This document shows, in pieces, positions 10,595 to 19,805 of a DNA stretch of 64,000 nucleotides. The position numbers and the translations under genes were made by a program. Within the stretch, counting starts at the first letter, position 1, and each line of letters begins with the position of its first letter. This DNA comes from Pseudomonas aeruginosa PAO1 (GTDB taxonomy: Bacteria; Pseudomonadota; Gammaproteobacteria; Pseudomonadales; Pseudomonadaceae): the NCBI RefSeq assembly GCF_000006765.1, contig NC_002516.2. One strand, given 5' to 3'. The notes below the pieces were generated by a model, which was not told where the DNA came from, ran no database searches, and saw only the letters and a program-made list of their open reading frames with translations.

Positions 10595-10625
10595 GAACCC
10601 GCCCTCGAGGCGGGTTCTTCGTTCT
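10595..10625 (+). terminator. Attenuator terminator hairpin
   Basis: GAACCCGCC-CTCGA-GGCGGGTTC plus a pyrimidine tail; 5' arm can alternatively pair with GGCGGGTT at 10571-10578. Confidence 0.75.
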
Positions 10626-10662
10626 GTCTCCTGGGCCAAAACCACCGAACCGGGAGAACAGC

Positions 10663-11070
10663 ATGCAGCACCAGACCCTCCAGAACCTCGTTGGCCGGGC
10701 CGACGCCCTGATCAATGCCGGGCAGTTCGATGCCCTGATGGATTTCTATTGCGACGACGCCACCCTGGTGGTCAAGCCGGGCCTCAACGCCTGCGGCAAG
10801 GCGCAGATCCGCCAGGCGTTCGACGCCATCGCCCGGCACTTCGAGCACAGCCTGCGAGTGCGCCAGCACGACCTGCGGGTGATCGAGGCGGGAGATACGG
10901 CGCTGGTCATGGCCGAGGCGGTGATCGAGTCGAAGGCCGGACGCCTGCAACGTCGGGCCACCTACGTGTTCCGCCAGGAGGCCGATGGCCAGTGGCGCTG
11001 CGCGGTGGACAACTCCTACGGCACCGACCTGCTGGCCTCGGTGGCGGCGAGCGCGGAGGCCAGCCGATGA
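10663..11070 (+). CDS. YybH/DUF4440 SnoaL-like (NTF2-fold) protein
   Basis: ATYVFRQEADGQWRCAVDN C-terminal motif; ATGA overlap with ilvA2. Confidence 0.85.
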   Translation: MQHQTLQNLVGRADALINAGQFDALMDFYCDDATLVVKPGLNACGKAQIRQAFDAIARHFEHSLRVRQHDLRVIEAGDTALVMAEAVIESKAGRLQRRATYVFRQEADGQWRCAVDNSYGTDLLASVAASAEASR

Positions 11071-12614
11071 GCGCCTCGACCCTCAGCGCAAGCAAACCCC
11101 TGCTGGCCGGCTACGTGGAAAGCATCCTGGCCGCGCCGGTGTACGACGTCGCCGTGGAAACCCCCTTGCAGGTCGCGCCGCAGTTGTCCCAGCGCCTGGG
11201 CAACCGGGTGCTGCTCAAGCGCGAGGACCTGCAGCCGGTGTTCTCCTTCAAGATCCGCGGCGCCTACACCCGTGTCGCGCGCCTGAGCGACGAGCAGAAG
11301 GCCCGCGGGGTGATCACCGCCTCCGCCGGCAACCATGCCCAGGGCCTGGCCCTGGCGGCGCAGCGCCTGGGCGTGCGGGCGGTGATCGTGATGCCGCGCA
11401 CCACTCCCGAACTCAAGGTCAAGGGCGTGCTGGCACGCGGCGGCGAGGCGTTGCTGCACGGCGACGCCTTCCCCGATGCGCTGGCCCATGCCCTGCAACT
11501 GGCCGAGCGCGAAGGCATGACCTTCGTCCCACCCTACGACGATCCGGACGTGATCGCCGGACAGGGCACGGTGGCGATGGAGATCCTCCGCCAGCACAGC
11601 GGCCGCCTCGACGCGATCTTCGTGCCGGTCGGCGGCGGCAGCCTGATCGCCGGGATCGCCGCCTACGTCAAGCACCTGCGTCCGGATATTCGCGTGATCG
11701 GCGTCGAGCCGGAGGATTCCAACTGCCTGCAGGCGGCGCTGGCCGCCGGCGAACGGGTGGTGCTGGGCCAGGTCGGGCTGTTCGCCGACGGGGTGGCGGT
11801 GGCGCAGATCGGCGCTTGCAACTTCGAGGTCTGCAAGGACCATGTCGACGAGGTGATCACCGTCGGCAGCGACGAAATCTGCGCGGCGATCAAGGACATC
11901 TACGACGACACCCGTTCGATCACCGAGCCGGCCGGCGCCCTGGCCGTAGCGGGGATCAAGAAGTACGTGGCCCGCGAACGCACCGAGGGGCAGACCCTGG
12001 TGGCCATCGACTCCGGTGCCAACATCAACTTCGACCGCCTGCGCCACGTTGCCGAGCGCGCCGAACTGGGCGAACAGCGCGAAGCGATCATCGCCGTCAC
12101 CGTGGCCGAGCGGCCGGGCAGCTTCAAGGCCTTCTGCGCGGCGCTGGGCCGGCGCCAGATCACCGAGTTCAACTACCGCTACCACAGCGACCGCCAGGCC
12201 CACCTGTTCGTCGGCGTGCAGACCCATCCGCTCACCGACAGCCGCGCCGACCTGCTCGCCGGCCTGCGCGAGCAGGGCTTCCCGGTACTCGACCTGACCG
12301 ACAACGAGATGGCCAAGCTGCACATCCGCCACATGGTCGGCGGCCACGGTACCGAGGTGCGCCGCGAGCGGCTGTTCCGCTTCGAGTTTCCCGAACGCCC
12401 CGGGGCCTTGCTGAACTTCCTCGACAAGCTCGGCTCGCGCTGGAACATCAGCCTGTTCCACTACCGCAACCACGGCGCCGCCGACGGTCGGGTGCTGGCC
12501 GGATTGCAGGTGCCGGACGAGGAGCGCGGCGAGCTGGAGGCGGCGTTGCAAGCCATCGGCTATCCGTACTGGGAGGAAACCCACAACCCGGCCTACCGGC
12601 TGTTCGCCGGTTGA
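11067..12614 (+). CDS. ilvA2: Threonine dehydratase, biosynthetic, with ACT-like regulatory domains
   Basis: LKREDLQPVFSFKIRGA PLP-lysine motif, SAGNHAQG, FEFPERPGAL; 515 aa from ATG 11067. Confidence 0.95.
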   Translation: MSASTLSASKPLLAGYVESILAAPVYDVAVETPLQVAPQLSQRLGNRVLLKREDLQPVFSFKIRGAYTRVARLSDEQKARGVITASAGNHAQGLALAAQRLGVRAVIVMPRTTPELKVKGVLARGGEALLHGDAFPDALAHALQLAEREGMTFVPPYDDPDVIAGQGTVAMEILRQHSGRLDAIFVPVGGGSLIAGIAAYVKHLRPDIRVIGVEPEDSNCLQAALAAGERVVLGQVGLFADGVAVAQIGACNFEVCKDHVDEVITVGSDEICAAIKDIYDDTRSITEPAGALAVAGIKKYVARERTEGQTLVAIDSGANINFDRLRHVAERAELGEQREAIIAVTVAERPGSFKAFCAALGRRQITEFNYRYHSDRQAHLFVGVQTHPLTDSRADLLAGLREQGFPVLDLTDNEMAKLHIRHMVGGHGTEVRRERLFRFEFPERPGALLNFLDKLGSRWNISLFHYRNHGAADGRVLAGLQVPDEERGELEAALQAIGYPYWEETHNPAYRLFAG

Positions 12615-12699
12615 GCTGCGCGGCGGTGCGCCAGCGGGACATGGCCCTGTCATGTCCCTCGGCTAGACTCCTGCCAGGGATATCCGCCCAGCGAGGGAC

Positions 12700-14676
12700 A
12701 TGGCCATGCGCAAGCGCAACCCCCGGCGGGCCACGCCGGAAGAACTGCGGGTCTGCTCGGTACTGAAGGAAAAGGGCACCCGCGAGGAACTCGCCCACCT
12801 CGCCGCCCGCGGTGAGTGGAGCAACGTGCCGGCGTACAACGCCAGCCGCGAGCAGATCGCCGACCACCTGGGCAAGAGCGTGTCGCCGGAATCCGACGCC
12901 TCGTTCTTCGACTCGCGGCGCTTCAGCGAGGCGATCGTCCTGCTCAAGAGCCGGCCGGTGCTGCTGGTGAAGAACGGTATCTTCGACGAAGCGCCGCTGG
13001 CCGGCCTGGAGCAGCGCCTGAAGAAGCATCGCGCCGCGCTGGCCACGCCGATCCGCTCGGTCGGTCGGCTGGAACTGATCGACCACGACAGCATGGACTG
13101 GTGCGGTACCGGCTGGCGCATCGAGGACGACCTGATCGTCACCAACCGGCATGTCGCCAGCCTGTTCGCCGAGCGCCAGGGCAGCCTGTTCCGCTTCCGT
13201 CTCAACCAGGCCGGCAAGCAGGTGCGCACCCGCGTGGACTTCCGCGAGGAATACCGCCAGCCGGAAAGCGACGAGCATGTGATCGCGCGGGTCCTGTGGA
13301 TCGCCCCGGACGTCTCCGAGGCGCCGGACATGGCGATCCTCCAGGTAGTGAAGGGCGACCTGCTGCCGCCGCCGCTGGTCCTCGCGCGCCAGGATGCCGA
13401 GCCGCGCCAGGCGGTGGCGGTGGTCGGCTATCCGGCGCGCGACAGCCGCAACGACGCCGGGGCGATGGAAGATATCTTCGGCAACATCTACGACGTCAAG
13501 CGCTTCGCTCCCGGCGAAGTCGTGGGATTGCCCCATGACGCCTGGTACCTGACCCACGACTGCTCGACCCTGGGCGGCAATTCCGGCTCGGCGGTGCTTT
13601 CGATCGACGGCGGCGAGGTGGTCGGCCTGCACTTCGGCGGCCAGTTCCGCAAGACCAACTATGCGGTGAAGGCCAGCGTGATCCGCAGCCTGCTGGCGCG
13701 TCGCGCCTGGGTGCCGGTGGCCGGGGCGGAGCTGAAGCGCGGCGTGCCGCGCTTCCAGGAAAAGCAGCGCAGCGTCGCCGACCTGGCCGAGCGCAAGGGT
13801 TTCGACGAGGCCTTCCTCGGGCCGAAGGCGGCCTTGCCCAAGCCGGGCAAGAGCCACCAGGTGCTGCCGGTGGGCAAGGGCACGCGCCTGGACTATCTGC
13901 ATTTCTCGGTGGTGATGAGCGCCAGCCGGCGCTTGCCGATCCTCACCGCGGTGAATATCGACGGCGCGCTCAAGCGTTCGCTCAAGCGCAAGGATTCCTG
14001 GGGCTTCGACCCGCGCATCGAGGCGGCCGCGCAGGTCGGACACAAGGACTTCTACGGCCCGGCTTCGTTCGACAAGGGCCACATGGTGCGTCGCGAGGAT
14101 CCCGGCTGGGGCGACAGCGATGCCGTCGCCCGGCAGGCTGAGGACGACACCTTCGTCTACACCAACGCGGTGCCCCAGGTGGCGCAGCTCAACCAGCGCA
14201 GCTGGCTGTCGCTGGAGGACTACGTGCTGCAGAACGCCAGGAGCGAGGGCTTCCGCATCTCGGTGTTCACCGGCCCGGTGTTCCGCGACGACGATCCGCT
14301 CTACCAGGGCGTGCAGGTGCCGCTGGAGTTCTGGAAGGTGGTGGCGATGATCGACGCCGACAGCGGCGAACTGGGAGTGTCCGCCTACCTGCTGGGGCAG
14401 GAAGGGATGATGCCCAGCGAAGGCTTCCGCTACGGTGCGTTCAAGACCTACCAGGTGCCGTTGGCGAAGGTCGAGGCCAGCGCCGACCTGCGTTTCTCCA
14501 GCGCCCTGCGCAAGGCCGACGTGCTCGCCGGCACGCCGCTGGAGGAGGCGCTGGAAAGCGGTCGCTTCATCGAGATCGACGGACCGGACGACCTCCTGCT
14601 GAGCCGGCCGGGGCCGGCCGGCAAAGGGCCGCTGAGGTTCAGGCCGGCTGCCGCCACTCGCGTAGCAGTTCGATGA
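12700..14676 (+). CDS. Trypsin-like serine protease fused to a DNA/RNA non-specific (NucA/EndoG-type) endonuclease
   Basis: Triad motifs TNRHV / APDMAIL / GGNSGS; nuclease motifs FDKGHMVRR and YTNAVPQVAQLNQRSW. Confidence 0.88.
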   Translation: MAMRKRNPRRATPEELRVCSVLKEKGTREELAHLAARGEWSNVPAYNASREQIADHLGKSVSPESDASFFDSRRFSEAIVLLKSRPVLLVKNGIFDEAPLAGLEQRLKKHRAALATPIRSVGRLELIDHDSMDWCGTGWRIEDDLIVTNRHVASLFAERQGSLFRFRLNQAGKQVRTRVDFREEYRQPESDEHVIARVLWIAPDVSEAPDMAILQVVKGDLLPPPLVLARQDAEPRQAVAVVGYPARDSRNDAGAMEDIFGNIYDVKRFAPGEVVGLPHDAWYLTHDCSTLGGNSGSAVLSIDGGEVVGLHFGGQFRKTNYAVKASVIRSLLARRAWVPVAGAELKRGVPRFQEKQRSVADLAERKGFDEAFLGPKAALPKPGKSHQVLPVGKGTRLDYLHFSVVMSASRRLPILTAVNIDGALKRSLKRKDSWGFDPRIEAAAQVGHKDFYGPASFDKGHMVRREDPGWGDSDAVARQAEDDTFVYTNAVPQVAQLNQRSWLSLEDYVLQNARSEGFRISVFTGPVFRDDDPLYQGVQVPLEFWKVVAMIDADSGELGVSAYLLGQEGMMPSEGFRYGAFKTYQVPLAKVEASADLRFSSALRKADVLAGTPLEEALESGRFIEIDGPDDLLLSRPGPAGKGPLRFRPAAATRVAVR

Positions 14677-15547
14677 AGGCGCGCAGCTTGGCCGGTACGT
14701 GGCGGCGGTTCAGGTAATACAGCCACATCGGCGGCAGCGGCAGGCAACTGCCAGGCAGCACTTCCACCAGGCGCCCGGCGGCGAGGTCCGCGGCGACCCG
14801 CTCGCGGATGAATGCCTGGGCGATCCCTGCGCCGGCGCGGGCCGCCTCGATGATCGCCTCGGTGTCGGTGCTGACGAAGCGTGCCGGCAGGTCCACTTCC
14901 AGTTCCCGCCCGTCTTCCCGCAAGCGCCACTTGTGCAGGCGGCCGCTGCGCGGGAAACGGAAGCGCACGGCGGCATGCCCATCGAGGTCGGCGACGCTGG
15001 CCGGCGTACCGTACTCGGCGAGGTAGGCCGGAGTGGCCACCAGCAGGCACGCCAGCGGCGCTGTCAGTTGCACCCCGACCATGCCCGGCTGCAGGGCGTC
15101 GGCCAGGCGGATGCCGGCATCCAGTCGTTCCCTGACGATATCCACCAACTGGTCCTCGTAGCGGATCTCCAGTTGTACCTTCGGGTAGCGTCGCACGAAC
15201 TCGTTGAGCATCGGTGCGATCACCAGGTTCTTCGCCAGGTGCAGGGCGCTGATGCGCAGCTGCCCGGAGGGTTCCGCGAGGCTTTCGCCGAGCGCTTCGC
15301 GGGCGCGCACCAGGTCGCGGTAGGGCTGTTCGGTCTGTTCGTGGTAGCGCTGCCCGGCCTCGCTCAGGCTGACCCCGCGGGTGGTGCGGTGGAACAGCTT
15401 GAGACGCAGCTCGGCTTCCAGTTGGTTGATCGCCTGGCTCACCGCTGCCGGCGTCACCCCGAGCAGGGCGGCGGCGCGGGTGAAGCTGCCGGTGTCGGCG
15501 ACCTGCCTGAAGACATGCAGGCCGGCGAGGGGATCGCGTCGATTCAT
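14639..15547 (-). CDS. LysR-family transcriptional regulator
   Basis: N-terminal HTH (SFTRAAALLGVTPAAVSQAINQLE), LFHRTTR; start at MNRRDPL. Confidence 0.93.
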   Translation of the reverse strand: MNRRDPLAGLHVFRQVADTGSFTRAAALLGVTPAAVSQAINQLEAELRLKLFHRTTRGVSLSEAGQRYHEQTEQPYRDLVRAREALGESLAEPSGQLRISALHLAKNLVIAPMLNEFVRRYPKVQLEIRYEDQLVDIVRERLDAGIRLADALQPGMVGVQLTAPLACLLVATPAYLAEYGTPASVADLDGHAAVRFRFPRSGRLHKWRLREDGRELEVDLPARFVSTDTEAIIEAARAGAGIAQAFIRERVAADLAAGRLVEVLPGSCLPLPPMWLYYLNRRHVPAKLRAFIELLREWRQPA

Positions 15548-15646
15548 TGTTAGAAAAACTTGAAAGTCTACGTAGGAGAAGGCCGGTTCTGTTAAAGCTT
15601 CGACCTTTCTAGACTGGCCCGCAAGCACTCGATGAGGACGCCGGCC

Positions 15647-16063
15647 ATGTCTACCCACCTGTCTCTGCAACATGCCCAACGCTGCATCGCGGCGGCCATT
15701 GCCGAAGCGCAGCGGCAGCGCCTGGCGGTCTGCGTCGCGGTGGTCGACGCCCATGCCAACCTGCTGGCGTTCGTACGGATGGACGACAGCGTTCCCGGTG
15801 CCATCGACCTGGCCCAGCGCAAGGCGCGCAGCGCCGCGCTGTTCCGCCTGCCCAGCGGCGAGCTGGGCCGACTCGCCGGGCCGGGCCAGCCGTTGTGGAG
15901 CATCGAGCAGAGCAACGGCGGGCTGGCCTGCTTCGCCGGCGGCATGCCGCTGGGCGATGCCGGCGTTTCCTGCCTGGGTGGCGTCGGCGTCTCCGGCGCC
16001 AGCGCGGCCCAGGACCAATCCATCGCCGAGGCCGCCGTGGCCATGGCAACAATCCAGAGGTAA
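15647..16063 (+). CDS. GlcG/HbpS-family heme-binding protein
   Basis: VAVVDAHANLLAFVRMD, KARSA and GVGVSG motifs. Confidence 0.88.
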   Translation: MSTHLSLQHAQRCIAAAIAEAQRQRLAVCVAVVDAHANLLAFVRMDDSVPGAIDLAQRKARSAALFRLPSGELGRLAGPGQPLWSIEQSNGGLACFAGGMPLGDAGVSCLGGVGVSGASAAQDQSIAEAAVAMATIQR

Positions 16064-16068
16064 TCGAG

Positions 16069-16848
16069 ATGAAACAGAAGCGAATCCTGGTGACCGGGGC
16101 CGGCAGCGGCTTCGGTCGGGAAGTGGCGTTGCGCCTGGCCGCCCGCGGCCATCGGACGATCGCCGGCGTGCGCGGCGCCGGGCAGGCCGCCGACCTGCGC
16201 GAAGAGGCCGGGCGGCGTGGCGTCCCGCTGCGGGTGGAAACCCTCGACATCACCGTCGCCGCCGATCGCGAACGCGCCTGGGAATGGGATATCGACGTGC
16301 TGCTGAACAACGCCGGCAGCGCCGAGGCCGGGGCCAGCGCGGAGATCCCGCTGGAACTGGTGCGCGCGCTGTTCGAGACCAACGTGTTCGCCAACCTGGA
16401 ACTGACCCAGGGTTTCGTCCGGCGCATGGTCGAGCAGAAGCGTGGCGGCAAGGTGCTCTTCGTGTCGTCCATCGCCGGCCTGATCACCGGACCCTATACC
16501 GGCCCCTACTGCGCCTCCAAGCATGCCCTGGAGGCCTTCGCCGAGGCCCTGCATGCCGAACTGAAGCCGTTCGGCATCCAGGTTGGCACCATCAATCCCG
16601 GCCCGTACCAGACCGGCTTCAACGATCGCATGATGGAAACCTGGAAACGCTGGTACGACCCGCAGCGCCACTTCACCGACCACAGCGGCGTGCGCTTTCC
16701 CTTCGAGCAGTACGATCCGGAGGAAATGATCGCGCGGATGGTCGAGCTGGCCGAGGCTGACGAAGGCCCGTTCCGCACCCTGTTGCCGCAAGCTTTCGTC
16801 GAGGTGGTGAAGGACGAGCAAGCGCAGGCCTGGCAGCGCCGCCTGTAG
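16069..16848 (+). CDS. Short-chain dehydrogenase/reductase
   Basis: TGAGSGFG, NNAG and YCASK motifs. Confidence 0.93.
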   Translation: MKQKRILVTGAGSGFGREVALRLAARGHRTIAGVRGAGQAADLREEAGRRGVPLRVETLDITVAADRERAWEWDIDVLLNNAGSAEAGASAEIPLELVRALFETNVFANLELTQGFVRRMVEQKRGGKVLFVSSIAGLITGPYTGPYCASKHALEAFAEALHAELKPFGIQVGTINPGPYQTGFNDRMMETWKRWYDPQRHFTDHSGVRFPFEQYDPEEMIARMVELAEADEGPFRTLLPQAFVEVVKDEQAQAWQRRL

Positions 16849-16903
16849 CGGTCTGCCGCTGCGCCGGGGAGGACGGCGGCCGGATCGGCGGCCGCCGCTT
16901 CGC

Positions 16904-18451
16904 TCAGCCCCTGCGCAGCAGGACCCGGGTCACCCGGCGTTCTTCCACTTCCACCACCCGCAGTTCCCAGTCCTGCCACTGCAGGCGGTCGCCGATCACC
17001 GGCAGGCGGTCGAGCAGGCTCATCACTAGCCCGGCGAGGGTCTGGTAGTCCTCCGTGGCGCGCGCGTCGAACCCCACGCGTCGACGCACCTGGCTGAGGT
17101 TCATGGCACCGCTGACCAGGTAGCCGTCGTTCTCCTCGACCACGTCCGGACCGTCGATCTCGCTGGCGTCGGGCAGCTCGCCGGCGATGGATTCGAGAAT
17201 GTCGGTCAGGGTCAGCAGGCCGATGAACTCGCCGAACTCGTTGACCACGAAGGCCACGTGGGTCGAGGCCTCGCGCATCTGCTCCAGGGCGTTGAGGATC
17301 GAGCAGTCCTGCAACAGGTTGAGCGGCTGGCGGGCCAGGCTTTCCAGGTCCGGCTGGGCGCCGGCGAGCAGCTCCTTGAGCAGTTCCTTCTTGTGCACGT
17401 AGCCCAGCGGCTCCTCGACGCGCCCGTCGCGCACCAGCGGCAGGCGCGAGTAGGACGATTCGAGCAGCGCCGCGCGGATCGCCTCGCGGCCGCTGTCGAG
17501 GTCGATGCAGTCGACCTCGGCGCGTACCGTCATCAGGCTGCGGATGGGCTTCTCGGCCAATTGCAGCACGCCGCTGATCATCACCCGCTCGCGGCGGTCG
17601 AAGACCACCTGGTCGTCGCCCTCCTCGAACAGGTCGGCGACTTCCTCGCCGACCTCGTCGGCCTCCAGGCGCTGGCCGCCGAGCAGGCGCAGCACCGCAT
17701 GGGCGGTACGCGCGCGCAGCGGGCGGTGGCCCTGCAGGCTCTTCTTGCGGCGCTTGCGGGCGACCTGGTTGAACACCTCGATGAGGATCGAGAAGCCGAT
17801 GGCCGCGTACAGGTAGCCTTTCGGGATATGGAAGCCCAGGCCCTCGGCGGTCAGGCTGAAGCCGATCATCATCAGGAAGCCCAGGCACAGCATGATCACC
17901 GTCGGGTGACGATTGACGAAGCGGGTCAGCGGCTTGCTGGCGACGATCATCAGGCCGATGGAGACGATCACCGCGATCATCATCACTTCCAGGTGCTCGA
18001 CCATGCCCACCGCGGTGATCACCGCGTCGAGCGAGAACACCGCGTCGAGCACCACGATCTGCGCGACGATCGGCCAGAACAGCGCGTAGGTCTTGTTGCC
18101 GGCGTGCTGGGCGACATGGCCTTCGAGGCGTTCGTGCAGCTCCATGGTGGCCTTGAACAGCAGGAACACACCACCGAACAGCATGATCAGGTCGCGGCCG
18201 GAGAAGCTCTTGCCGAATACCTCGAACAGCGGCTCGGTGAGGGTCACCATCCACGAGATGCTCGCCAGCAGGCCCAGGCGCATCAGCAGCGCCAGCGACA
18301 GGCCGAGGACCCGGGCGCGGTCGCGCAGGTGCGGCGGCAGCTTGTCGGCGAGGATCGCGATGAACACCAGGTTGTCGATGCCGAGGACGATCTCCAGCAC
18401 GATCAGGGTCGCCAGGCCGAGCCAGGCAGTCGGGTCAGCTATCCATTCCAT
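16904..18451 (-). CDS. TerC-family membrane protein with CBS and CorC domains (YoaE-like)
   Basis: LEIVLGIDN and [11 protein letters not shown] motifs; CBS pair; C-terminal transporter-associated domain. Confidence 0.93.
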   Translation of the reverse strand: MEWIADPTAWLGLATLIVLEIVLGIDNLVFIAILADKLPPHLRDRARVLGLSLALLMRLGLLASISWMVTLTEPLFEVFGKSFSGRDLIMLFGGVFLLFKATMELHERLEGHVAQHAGNKTYALFWPIVAQIVVLDAVFSLDAVITAVGMVEHLEVMMIAVIVSIGLMIVASKPLTRFVNRHPTVIMLCLGFLMMIGFSLTAEGLGFHIPKGYLYAAIGFSILIEVFNQVARKRRKKSLQGHRPLRARTAHAVLRLLGGQRLEADEVGEEVADLFEEGDDQVVFDRRERVMISGVLQLAEKPIRSLMTVRAEVDCIDLDSGREAIRAALLESSYSRLPLVRDGRVEEPLGYVHKKELLKELLAGAQPDLESLARQPLNLLQDCSILNALEQMREASTHVAFVVNEFGEFIGLLTLTDILESIAGELPDASEIDGPDVVEENDGYLVSGAMNLSQVRRRVGFDARATEDYQTLAGLVMSLLDRLPVIGDRLQWQDWELRVVEVEERRVTRVLLRRG

Positions 18452-18457
18452 GTGCGC

Positions 18458-18649
18458 TTACCTCCCGGTCCGGCTGGCCGTCGCGCTGGCGCGACGCTGC
18501 ACGGCGCGGCTGCGGCAGCCGGCGGTGACGGAGGGGGACGAGGCGAGGGATTCGGCGTCGAGGGGCGGACGCAGGTGGCGAAGGCGAAGCGGGGAGGGTT
18601 GTCCGGAAGGACGACTGGGGGGCTCCGAAAGGGTGGTCATGATGGCCAT
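18458..18649 (-). CDS. Putative leader ORF (YoaL-like) coupled to the TerC gene
   Basis: 63-aa ORF whose stop lies in the TerC RBS (GGAGGTAA, 6 nt before ATG); no good SD of its own. Confidence 0.4.
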   Translation of the reverse strand: MAIMTTLSEPPSRPSGQPSPLRLRHLRPPLDAESLASSPSVTAGCRSRAVQRRASATASRTGR

Positions 18650-18776
18650 TGAGAGTCAAAGGGAAGTCGATCCTACTGTGTCGCGGGCCCTCGCCACAGC
18701 GGGAAACTATTACAAAACCTTAGGCGAAACCCGTGCCGGCGCTAGACTGGGCGGAACCCCGCCACTGCGAGCAGAC

Positions 18777-19399
18777 ATGAGCACCGAGGATTTCGACGCG
18801 ATCACCGCCACCACCCTGGCCGACTACCAGCGCAACGCCGAAGGCTTCCGCGAGGGCACCTGCGGCCATGACGTGAGCCAGAACGTCGAGGCGCTGCTGC
18901 GCCATATCGACGGGTCGCCGCCGTACCGGATCCTCGATTTCGGCTGCGGTCCCGGGCGCGACCTGGCCACCTTCCGCCGCCTCGGCCACCAGCCGGTGGG
19001 ACTCGAAGGCACGCCGCGCTTCGTCGAGATGGCCAGGGCCGACAGCGGTTGCGAGGTATGGCAACAGAATTTCCTGGCGCTGCGACTGCCGGCCGGGCAC
19101 TTCGACGGCATCTTCGCCAACGCCAGCCTGTTCCATGTGCCCGGCAGCGCCTTGCCGCGGGTGCTCGGCGAACTCTTCGAAGCGCTGCGGCCGGGCGGCG
19201 TGCTGTTCAGCTCCAACCCGCGCGGCGACAACCGCGAGGGCTGGAATGGCCAACGCTACGGTGCCTACCACGATTACCCGGCCTGGAAACGCCTACTGGA
19301 GGAAGCCGGTTTCGTCGAGCTGGAGCACTACTACCGGCCGCCGGGCCTGCCGCGCGACAGCAGCCCTGGCTGGCGAGCGTCTGGCGGCGCCCCGTCTGA
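18777..19399 (+). pseudogene. Class I SAM-dependent methyltransferase with an apparent 1-bp deletion near the 3' end
   Basis: ILDFGCGPGRD motif; frame shifts at ~19357 from LPRD-SSPG to QQPWLASVWRRPV*; could be a sequencing error. Confidence 0.75.
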
Positions 19400-19404
19400 A
19401 GGCG

Positions 19405-19611
19405 CTAGAGGGTCTGCCGGTGCGGCGTGCCGAGCACGCTGCGGTACTGGTCGAGGCGCTTCGGCGAGAGGTCGCTGCGTTCCAGGCTGTCGAGGGCGTA
19501 GGACTTGATTTCGGCGTCGCTGTAGGGGCGCTCGACGCTGCGCGGCGGGTTGGCGCAACCGGTCAGGACGACCAGGCTGGCGGCCAGGGAGACGATCAGG
19601 GACTTGCTCAT
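19405..19611 (-). CDS. Small lipoprotein (68 aa)
   Basis: Signal peptide with lipobox LTGC. Confidence 0.75.
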   Translation of the reverse strand: MSKSLIVSLAASLVVLTGCANPPRSVERPYSDAEIKSYALDSLERSDLSPKRLDQYRSVLGTPHRQTL

Positions 19612-19805
19612 GGCGGATTCCTCGAAATGTTCCTCGATGCTATCGGTGGTCCCCCCTGTCCAGGAAATCAGGCCTATTAATAATGAATATCTGGCGAATT
19701 GAGTCTAGGTCCCGCCAGCCGTGGGTTCTAGTCGACCAAAGGCGAGGTTGTGGCGGCATGTTTCGCCAACCGGCCGCGCGCTCGCGGTCCGGTCGGCTAG
19801 GGGTT

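Noticed and set aside
14639-14676. Convergent 3' overlaps (protease-nuclease/LysR 38 bp; EamA/pmpM 18 bp) as antisense regulation
   Set aside because: Short tail-to-tail overlaps are common and nothing else supports a function.
18460-18770. yybP-ykoY Mn riboswitch or terC RNA motif upstream of the TerC gene
   Set aside because: Hairpins exist but I could not recognise the conserved loops; needs an Infernal/Rfam scan.
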